Shown piece after piece: positions 1 through 6,333 of a stretch of DNA of 11,900 bases. Numbering within the stretch: the first letter of the stretch is position 1; each line of letters starts with the position of its first letter. The notes below the pieces were generated by a model. The model was not told the DNA's origin, made no database searches, and saw only the letters and a program-made list of their open reading frames with translations. Both the position numbers and the translations under genes were made by a program. Origin of the DNA: Promethearchaeota archaeon (lineage in GTDB: Archaea > Asgardarchaeota > Lokiarchaeia > Sigyniarchaeales > SOKP01); contig JAFGGO010000033.1 in NCBI GenBank assembly GCA_016930515.1, positions 1 to 11,900 on the forward strand, written 5' to 3'.

Positions 1-13
1 ATAGTACGGGTTA

Positions 14-48
14 AAATAAATAAAAAGAAAAAAACAATAATAATAAAA
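14..48 (-). terminator. Oligo-T tract downstream of the 68..478 gene (archaeal-type terminator)
   Basis: A-runs on + (aaaataaaataaaaagaaaaaaaac) read as T-runs on - just after the stop codon. Confidence 0.5.
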
Positions 49-67
49 TTATGAGAAGTAAAATGGA

Positions 68-478
68 TTACTCTTCCATTGCCATTTGTTTTTCAATTGC
101 CTTCAAATTTTTTTGTAGGCCTTTGATCTCGCCTTGAACGGCCTTCACGGCGGTCTTTTCTTCGCTACTAATTTCTTTTAATTTCGTTTTTAAGGCCGCT
201 GCCTTGGCTTTTTTTAAACCGGCTACTTCTTTTGATAAGGCTTTTACGCTACCAGCTCTCTCTTTCTTTTTGGTGGCCCATTCGTTGGCTTTTTCAACAG
301 CTTCGTCCAATAAGCCTTGCTCAGAAGCCAACTTCGATTCAGCAGCGTTAATTTGCGAGTCGTATTCAGACTCTACTTCCTTTTCTGCAGAAGCGTTTTT
401 CTTTGCTGCTTCCTCTTCAATTTTCGTGATTTCGTCTTGTTTTGTACTAATTTGACTATTAATTTCGTCTATAGACAT
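68..478 (-). CDS. Small coiled-coil hypothetical protein (136 aa, MSIDEINSQ...AMEE)
   Basis: The ORF track gives 68..550 from a TTG, but the first 24 codons are AT-rich intergenic-like sequence. The ATG at 478 is preceded by AAAAAGTGAAAAATTCACA, the same GTGA motif seen before other genes here. The product is E/K/A-rich with heptad periodicity and no Pro. Confidence 0.85.
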   Translation of the reverse strand: MSIDEINSQISTKQDEITKIEEEAAKKNASAEKEVESEYDSQINAAESKLASEQGLLDEAVEKANEWATKKKERAGSVKALSKEVAGLKKAKAAALKTKLKEISSEEKTAVKAVQGEIKGLQKNLKAIEKQMAMEE

Positions 479-557
479 TGTGAATTTTTCACTTTTTTTT
501 TGTTTATTGATTAATTTTTTCATACAAACGGTTAAAATAATTGTTTTCAACTATTTG

Positions 558-567
558 TATTTAAATA
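558..567 (-). promoter_or_regulatory. Candidate TATA box (TATTTAAATA) for the 68..478 gene
   Basis: Palindromic TTTAAATA about 80 nt upstream of the ATG at 478. The AT-rich background makes a chance match possible. Confidence 0.3.
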
Positions 568-863
568 ATATCTTATTAGAAATTATTGTTTTTAAAATTT
601 ATTCTATCAATGATGTTTTAACTAAAGAAAAAACATTTTTTCACCAAAAATTTTGTTAAGAATAATAAAATATGCAAAACTGAATTTCTTAAAGGATTTC
701 GTTTTATTTTAAAATTTCTCAGTTATTTTTAATCTTTTTTATTTTTTCAAGAATTATATCGTCAAATCATATTTTTACTTAAAAAAATTTACACAATTGA
801 TTTTATTATTTTGAACACAATTATTTTCTTAAAAATTCGTATCTGATTTAAAATAGTTGAAAA

Positions 864-876
864 TTATAATTTAAAT
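864..876 (+). promoter_or_regulatory. Candidate TATA box (TTATAATTTAAAT) for the DMT-RAM cluster, possibly a leaderless transcript
   Basis: TTTAAAT at 870-876 lies about 30 nt upstream of ATG 903, and no GTGA motif precedes that ATG. Confidence 0.3.
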
Positions 877-902
877 GCCATGAATTCCATAGTAATGCAA
901 GC

Positions 903-2201
903 ATGCAGAACAAACATCATCTATACATTCTTTTTGCAAATATCTTATGGGGCTTGATCCCTGTCGTTGTATCTGATATTTTTAGCGAAGTATCCGTTCT
1001 CACAGTTATTTTCTTTCGATTCTTCACTTGTGGTATTGTATTTCTTATAATCGCTTTTGGTCTCCTGTTGATTAACAACAGATATACTTCTAAGCGAAGA
1101 ATACCCATAAAAATCTTTATTGATGTTTTAAAGACAAGGAACAACTTGTTTCGTAATTTTAAAAATATTCTATATTTTGGAATTTTAGGTTTTTTAGGAA
1201 TCGTCATGCAAATTATTTTTTATTTTTTGGCTTTAAAACTTACCTCAATTGGATTTGTTATGATTGGTTTTATCGTTTCAACTGTACTCATGGCAGCGTA
1301 TCAGCACGGGAAGTCGGAAAGCTTAGATGTGTTTAAATTGATGTATTTATCTTTATTAATCGTTTCAATTCTTATTATCATATATGTGAAGACATCAGAA
1401 TCTTCAAATCTTTCCTTCATTGGTTTGGTTTACGTTATTGGTTTTGGTGTTTGCTTGTTGTTTTTTCATATTTACATTAATAGGGATCCTTTAGCGATAG
1501 ACGAGCTAAAAATAATAAGTGATAACAGAAATTACAAGGTAATTAGGTTAATGTTCAAGTTATCTTTCATGTTTTTACTCGGTATCGCAGGAATGTTCCT
1601 ATTTTTGTTGTTAATGCTTTTAATTCCCGTGGAACCCATTTTAGTATCGGAGATACATCTTTTTTTCGCACAACTTGCTGACGCGTCCATCTATTTTAGG
1701 TGGGAGATCCTATTCATAATAATATTTTCTACGATTCTTCCCTATATATTAATCTTTATTGCTTATAGTTTTTGGAGCCCCTACAATCTCACCTATAATC
1801 AATGGACCTCTATTATAACGGTTGTTGAACCGATGACCGCTCTTTTTTTTGGAGCAATTTTTATCAATGAATATTTTCCAACGGAATTATTAGTAATAAC
1901 ACTCTTCTTGCTTGCTTTATCCATCATTCTACGCTATATTCACGAAAGATCGGTCAAGGTCAACGCCTGCGTCCTCTTGGATATAAAAGAAGGATGTATG
2001 GAAGACTTACCGCTCAAGTTATTAGGATTTAGTGGAATTACCCGAATAGATATGTTAGTAGGTAAGTACGACATGATCTTAACGGTTATAAAAAGCTCGA
2101 TCAAGGACTTTTATTACCTCAACGAGCAATTGCAAAACTTAGAAGAGATTAAAAAAACTACCATATTATTTATTAACAAGGTTTCGAAAATAAATGCTTA
2201 A
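903..2201 (+). CDS. DMT/EamA-family transporter (10 TM) fused to a C-terminal Lrp/AsnC ligand-binding (RAM) domain
   Basis: EamA signatures ILWG, FFRF, FYFLALKLTS and SIITVVEPMTALFFGAIFINE, with ten hydrophobic segments in aa ~7-346. Residues ~351-432 (nt 1953-2198) are soluble, with a beta-alpha-beta-beta-alpha-beta pattern and the Lrp G-x-Y-D motif (LVGKYDMIL). Confidence 0.85.
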   Translation: MQNKHHLYILFANILWGLIPVVVSDIFSEVSVLTVIFFRFFTCGIVFLIIAFGLLLINNRYTSKRRIPIKIFIDVLKTRNNLFRNFKNILYFGILGFLGIVMQIIFYFLALKLTSIGFVMIGFIVSTVLMAAYQHGKSESLDVFKLMYLSLLIVSILIIIYVKTSESSNLSFIGLVYVIGFGVCLLFFHIYINRDPLAIDELKIISDNRNYKVIRLMFKLSFMFLLGIAGMFLFLLLMLLIPVEPILVSEIHLFFAQLADASIYFRWEILFIIIFSTILPYILIFIAYSFWSPYNLTYNQWTSIITVVEPMTALFFGAIFINEYFPTELLVITLFLLALSIILRYIHERSVKVNACVLLDIKEGCMEDLPLKLLGFSGITRIDMLVGKYDMILTVIKSSIKDFYYLNEQLQNLEEIKKTTILFINKVSKINA

Positions 2202-2226
2202 TCACGCAAAGGTGATAAAAAAAAAT

Positions 2227-2469
2227 ATGTTAAAAGCCATCATATTTTTCAAGATAGACTTGAAGGCAATGAATAAAGTTATTGAAAAACTCAAGGAAAT
2301 CCCCCAAATAAAGAAATTATTGTCTCTCACGGGAGATTACGATGCCATCGCCGAAATCGAAACTGAAACTTCCGAAGAATTGTTTGATATTTTTTGCACG
2401 CAAATTGATATGATTGACGGCCTTACTGACACGAACACCCACGTTGTCATGAAATCCTGGGAAAAGTGA
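2227..2469 (+). CDS. Stand-alone Lrp/AsnC ligand-binding (RAM) domain protein, no HTH (80 aa)
   Basis: MLKAIIFFKID...LTGDYDAIAEIE...IDGLTDTNTHVV is a typical AsnC C-terminal domain. ATG 2227 is preceded by GGTGA (2211-2215). An alternative start at 2194 overlaps the upstream gene. Confidence 0.9.
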   Translation: MLKAIIFFKIDLKAMNKVIEKLKEIPQIKKLLSLTGDYDAIAEIETETSEELFDIFCTQIDMIDGLTDTNTHVVMKSWEK

Positions 2470-2473
2470 AACA

Positions 2474-3271
2474 ATGAAGGAAATTCCAAGTTTTATTTTA
2501 GCCACCACCTTTCACGAGCCTGAATTTAAATTAAAAATTGCTTTTGAAAAAGCGCTTCCAGATATAAAACGGCTTTTTCCACTTCGAATTGCTTGCTGCA
2601 CGCCAACAACCGATGATAAGGTGGTATCTTTTTTAAAAAAAGAAGGATTCGTGGTATCAATCAGCCCATCAATGAGTCAAGTCGAGACATATACTTTAGC
2701 ACTCAAATTAGCTCTTGAACTCGTAGAAGAAAGATTTTTACAAAAGATTTTATACATCGATCTTGATCGCTTAGTTCATTGGATTAATTTTTTTCCAAAT
2801 GAAATCGCTAATCTCATCGAAAAAACGGACTTTGATTATCTTCATATTGGACGGAATGCTCGTGCGTTTGATACGCATCCTTCCACACAAAAAGAAACTG
2901 AAATTGTGGTAAACGAAATGGCATCTATAATCCTTGGATTCGAGCGTATTATCGATGTCATCTCCGCATGCTTCGCCTTAAGCCCAAAAATACTAGAAAA
3001 ATTGATTGCCATAAAACATAAGACATCTAAGGGTTTTTATTGCTCGTGGCCTGTGCTTTGTTGGAGATTAGCAAAAAATAAAATATTAATTGAAGTAGAA
3101 GGGCTCGAATGGGAAACACCCGATAGGTTTCAAGAGGAAATTAACGACTTGGGATATGTCCTTTGGATGGAACAATTTCAATCGGCTCGCGAATGGAAAA
3201 AAAGAGTTGCGTTAATGAGGGAATGTATACTCGAGTTCATAAATATAATTAATATTAGCGACCTTACTTAA
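2474..3271 (+). CDS. Uncharacterised protein, probable GT-A (glycosyltransferase family 2-like) fold
   Basis: N-terminal beta strand (FILATTFHEP) and a hydrophobic strand ending in DxD (ILYIDLDR), followed by IGR...AFDTHP...Q..TE...N and GLEWETPD. Starts 4 nt after the RAM gene stop. The fold assignment is from motifs only. Confidence 0.6.
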   Translation: MKEIPSFILATTFHEPEFKLKIAFEKALPDIKRLFPLRIACCTPTTDDKVVSFLKKEGFVVSISPSMSQVETYTLALKLALELVEERFLQKILYIDLDRLVHWINFFPNEIANLIEKTDFDYLHIGRNARAFDTHPSTQKETEIVVNEMASIILGFERIIDVISACFALSPKILEKLIAIKHKTSKGFYCSWPVLCWRLAKNKILIEVEGLEWETPDRFQEEINDLGYVLWMEQFQSAREWKKRVALMRECILEFINIINISDLT

Positions 3272-3393
3272 AAATCAATATAAAACCTTGAATATATCTC
3301 GCATCTTCTATTTCTTTCGATTTTATATTGTTATATAATTTATTATTGAACTTTCATTTCGTAATTTTTTCAATCAGAAATACTTTTTAGACA

Positions 3394-3423
3394 AATAAAA
3401 ATAAAAAATAAGAAAGAGAAATA
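3394..3423 (-). terminator. Oligo-T/pyrimidine tract downstream of the 3425..5002 gene
   Basis: The A/G-rich run on + reads T/C-rich on - immediately after the stop codon, in a convergent intergenic region. Confidence 0.45.
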
Positions 3424-3424
3424 A

Positions 3425-5002
3425 TTACCAAATGAGGTTTGCGATGACTTCTTTCGCCGCCGCAGATTCCTTCTTGCCTAAGACTTTTCTTACCCTGAGA
3501 TCGTTAATGGCGTCTTCTAATCGAGTGTCTAAATTCTTCATTTCCATCAAGTTGCACTTTTCAGCGCTTGTTTCGACCAAGTCGATCATTGAATTGTCCT
3601 TGTTCATCATGTTTTCGATTTGTTTTCTGAATCCTTCCTTGATTTTCGTGTTCACCGGCTTTCCCTTATCAATTAAAATGGGCAACACGGGACACCTCAT
3701 GGTAGTTCTGTTCGAGTTCGGATCGATGAAGTAGAAAATGAATATGGGAATGCCAACGATGACTTCCTTGGTCTTCACTTCGATCGAATAGTCGTTAAAG
3801 AACGCTTGCACGCTCGTCATATCAATATCTTTTACGCGCTCTATGTTGTCCAAGCAGGATTGTTTTTCTCTTTTTATCAAGGTAACAACGTCTTCGGCTG
3901 ATGATAGGTCGGATTGTTGAGACTTGTGCTTGTCGTCGATCTGTTTCTGGACTTCCCGTATCTTACGTTCCAACTCTCTCATCTTGGCTTGGTGCGCTTT
4001 CTCAGTGTCACTTATTTCCTTGTTAATGCTTTTTTCTACATTGTTAATGTCCATCTTATATCTGTTAATGGTATCTCCAAGAGTCTTGTAGTTCAAATCC
4101 AAATCTTTCACGCTTTCTTGGATTAAAAACCAATCTTTTTTCTCAATAGCGCCCTTAATTTTATCTACGGAGCCCTTTACATTGTTGATGTCGTTAAGGC
4201 AATCTCCTGTTTTATCGCTGATCTTGTACTTTCCAGTCTTTACCAAGTCTTCGGGCGTTTTATCAAAGTGTTTGTTTTTCTCCGCTTCTAACTCCTTGTT
4301 TAAAATTGCAAGTTGCTTTTCTTCTTCGCTCGTGTCGACTCTCTTGCCCCGAAGCTTGTCTACTTCTTGTGCGCTTTTTTGAATCCATCTTTCGCACAAT
4401 TTTGTTATGATCGTTCCGTATTCGTCGAGCGTCTGAGTATCTCGTTGAGATACGAAATCGCTGATTTCTGGAGCCATTCTTGCTTGTTCCACGCTTTTAG
4501 CTATTGGTCCACCCTCCAAAATGAAATATGGTTCTCCAAAAGAGTTCAAGTTGTATTGATTGATGAAAAAGTTCTTGAAAAAATCCATTTCGCTGGAACT
4601 GAATAAGGCTTCTTGTATAACGGTATTTCTCTTGAAGTTTTTCGTTTTTTTCAAGTATGTGGTATTGTACGAACTTAAAGCCTCCAAAAAAGAGTAGGGA
4701 TCAGCACCCTTGATGACATTATCAGGCTTTACGGGAATGGTAGAATATTTGCCAACGTTCAATTTTTCCGATTTATTTCCCAAATAGGAACAAACACAAG
4801 CGCGGGTGTCACTAATGGGAATTAATTTAACGGGCCAGAAGCAAGTAGCGACTCTATTAATTTTTCCAAGTTTTTTCACGTTCTTACCCAAGATGCCTAT
4901 GCATTCGATTAAAGCCATTGCCATCTCGTTTAATAATGCTGCTTTTGAGCGAGCAGGGATGACGTCTCCGAGATTTATCAGGTATGGTATGACTTTTTCC
5001 AT
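3425..5002 (-). CDS. Hypothetical protein with a long central coiled coil between globular N- and C-terminal regions (~525 aa)
   Basis: Long ORF (track start 5014 GTG). ATG 5002 (MEKVIPYL) is preferred because GTGA at 5014-5011 then acts as the RBS-like motif. The middle third is heptad-rich in K/E/D/I/L, the termini are beta-rich, and there is no Walker A motif. Confidence 0.85.
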   Translation of the reverse strand: MEKVIPYLINLGDVIPARSKAALLNEMAMALIECIGILGKNVKKLGKINRVATCFWPVKLIPISDTRACVCSYLGNKSEKLNVGKYSTIPVKPDNVIKGADPYSFLEALSSYNTTYLKKTKNFKRNTVIQEALFSSSEMDFFKNFFINQYNLNSFGEPYFILEGGPIAKSVEQARMAPEISDFVSQRDTQTLDEYGTIITKLCERWIQKSAQEVDKLRGKRVDTSEEEKQLAILNKELEAEKNKHFDKTPEDLVKTGKYKISDKTGDCLNDINNVKGSVDKIKGAIEKKDWFLIQESVKDLDLNYKTLGDTINRYKMDINNVEKSINKEISDTEKAHQAKMRELERKIREVQKQIDDKHKSQQSDLSSAEDVVTLIKREKQSCLDNIERVKDIDMTSVQAFFNDYSIEVKTKEVIVGIPIFIFYFIDPNSNRTTMRCPVLPILIDKGKPVNTKIKEGFRKQIENMMNKDNSMIDLVETSAEKCNLMEMKNLDTRLEDAINDLRVRKVLGKKESAAAKEVIANLIW

Positions 5003-5115
5003 TTTTTGCATCACTTTTTTTGTTATATTATGTGTTTAATCGAAATTTGCAATTAAACTTTTTCTTTTACATTTTCGGTCGCTTGGCAATCTGCGCGATT
5101 TAACAATTCGGAAAT

Positions 5116-5745
5116 TCACGCTTTTAGTGCGATAATATATCGCAACGAGTGTATGTGTCTTCCTAATTCTCCATGATCTTCTTTATCTTCAATAAGTTCT
5201 GTTTTAATAACGGACATATCAGTAAAATGATTTAGGAGATCTTGTTTCGAAAAGTAATGAACCGGACGACCTGGCTTGCTTTCAAATGTTTGTGGTTCTA
5301 TCTCGCGACCTTTCCCGTAACTTTTCTCTTTTTCAGAAAATACTATAAAAAAGGCTATTCCACCAACCTTGAGGAGTTCATAACATTTATTTAAAAACCT
5401 ATATCTATCGTTTTTTAACAACAGATGTAACACATTAAAACAATAGATGGCATCATACTTTTCGTTATCGTATACCATATTCAAGACATCTCCTCGCACG
5501 AAATGCGTTTTAGAATCAAACAATCTCGCAATATTTAATGCTTTTTGGGAAATTTCTATTCCAGTTACCTCAATATCATGTTGTGAAAAAAATCTCGTGT
5601 TTCGCCCGTATCCTGCTCCAGGAACGAGCAAGGTTTTGACATGGTAATCTTTAAAGAAATTAAATGCTATAAAGGCGGAATTACTTGGTTTTTCGCCCCA
5701 AATTTTACCTCCCTTCTTAAACCTCTCATTCCAATATTCTTCCAA
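5116..5745 (-). CDS. Class I SAM-dependent methyltransferase
   Basis: Motif I LLVPGAGYGRN, acidic strand VTGIEIS, GDV, YDAIYCFNVLH and LLKVGG, with an N-terminal YWNERF..GGKIWG.KPS typical of TPMT/TehB-like small-molecule methyltransferases. TTG start. Confidence 0.9.
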   Translation of the reverse strand: MEEYWNERFKKGGKIWGEKPSNSAFIAFNFFKDYHVKTLLVPGAGYGRNTRFFSQHDIEVTGIEISQKALNIARLFDSKTHFVRGDVLNMVYDNEKYDAIYCFNVLHLLLKNDRYRFLNKCYELLKVGGIAFFIVFSEKEKSYGKGREIEPQTFESKPGRPVHYFSKQDLLNHFTDMSVIKTELIEDKEDHGELGRHIHSLRYIIALKA

Positions 5746-5800
5746 GGTTCATCTTCTTTACACTTTAAATAAAATTGTAAAAGGTAATGTAAAAAAAAAG

Positions 5801-5816
5801 ATTTTGTTAACAAAAT
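5801..5816. promoter_or_regulatory. Perfect 16-bp palindrome ATTTTGTTAACAAAAT, candidate operator
   Basis: Read directly from the sequence. Lies in the divergent region between the methyltransferase and the small ORF. Confidence 0.45.
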
Positions 5817-5875
5817 TTTTTAATCACCTATAGAAACCTTTTTTTTCCATCGTTAATTGATTTAATTGGGATCAT

Positions 5876-6037
5876 ATGGTGAAAAAAGAGAAGAAAATGG
5901 ACGATAAGGGTCCCGATAACGATGACATAGAAAAGGTTTTTGAAAGTACATGGAATAACTGGTCTTCCCGGAGGAGATGCGAAAGTACCCACATTCCAGA
6001 GATTTTTAAGAAAGAGAAGAGAGAAGATAATCAATAA
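5876..6037 (+). CDS. Candidate small protein (53 aa) MVKKEKKMDDKGPDNDDIEKVFESTWNNWSSRRRCESTHIPEIFKKEKREDNQ
   Basis: Hand-translated from ATG 5876 to TAA 6035-6037 and absent from the ORF track. It is a purine-rich, higher-GC island inside AT-rich DNA. An alternative ATG at 5897 follows GGTGA (5878-5882). Confidence 0.55.
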   Translation: MVKKEKKMDDKGPDNDDIEKVFESTWNNWSSRRRCESTHIPEIFKKEKREDNQ

Positions 6038-6188
6038 CTTAACTTATTCTTTAATTATAGAGCGATAATCCTCTCTTTGTATGATAAATTTAAATCCTAT
6101 AAGATATGTTTAATTTTTCTTGTTTTAATCACGACATTAGTGTTTTTCAAAAAAAGGTGTCTTAGGAGTAAGAAATAAAAACTTGAAA

Positions 6189-6245
6189 ATAATCATTATG
6201 ATTGTGGACAATTTTCTTGAAAAAACTCCTTAAAAGGTGTACAAT
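6189..6245. promoter_or_regulatory. Cluster of overlapping palindromes upstream of the CoA-transferase-GNAT gene
   Basis: ATAAT-C-ATTAT (6189-6199), AATCAT-T-ATGATT (6191-6203), ATTGT-GG-ACAAT (6201-6212), and a partial copy GTGTACAAT (6237-6245). Confidence 0.4.
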
Positions 6246-6333
6246 CGTGTCCAAATTAAATTCTTGTCTATATGCATGGAGTTAACACCATTGACCATAA
6301 AATTAATTATAAAATATTGGGTGGAATAAAAAA

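Noticed and set aside
204-514. + strand ORFs 204..455 and 317..514
   Set aside because: Antisense shadows of the coiled-coil gene. Their F/S/L-rich composition is what reverse-complemented K/E codons produce.
479-550. N-terminal extension of the first ORF to TTG 550
   Set aside because: AT-rich intergenic-like sequence. ATG 478 has the GTGA motif.
627-642. Inverted repeat GAAAAAA-CA-TTTTTTC
   Set aside because: Homopolymer arms in very AT-rich DNA, so likely chance.
2227-2469. Calling this an Lrp/AsnC transcription factor
   Set aside because: There is no N-terminal HTH even from the upstream ATG 2194. It is only the ligand-binding domain.
917-2508. - strand ORFs 917..1207 and 2317..2508
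   Set aside because: Antisense to well-supported genes, with no recognisable motifs.
3425-5002. SMC/Rad50 or ESCRT-related annotation
   Set aside because: No Walker A/B, ABC signature or zinc-hook CxxC in the middle of the coil. Coiled-coil composition alone is not diagnostic.
5053-5118. Selenocysteine readthrough of the methyltransferase TGA (also considered for TGA 2467-2469)
   Set aside because: Both domains are complete at the TGA, there is no redox-motif context, and no convincing SECIS was seen.
3432-5647. + strand ORFs at 3432, 3914, 4182, 4313, 4806 and 5447
   Set aside because: Shadow ORFs opposite the coiled-coil and methyltransferase genes.
5828-6034. - strand 68-aa hydrophobic ORF
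   Set aside because: Non-ATG start and a T-rich shadow of the purine-rich + strand 53-aa ORF, which has ATG starts and fits the coding skew of other soluble-protein genes. Not fully excluded.
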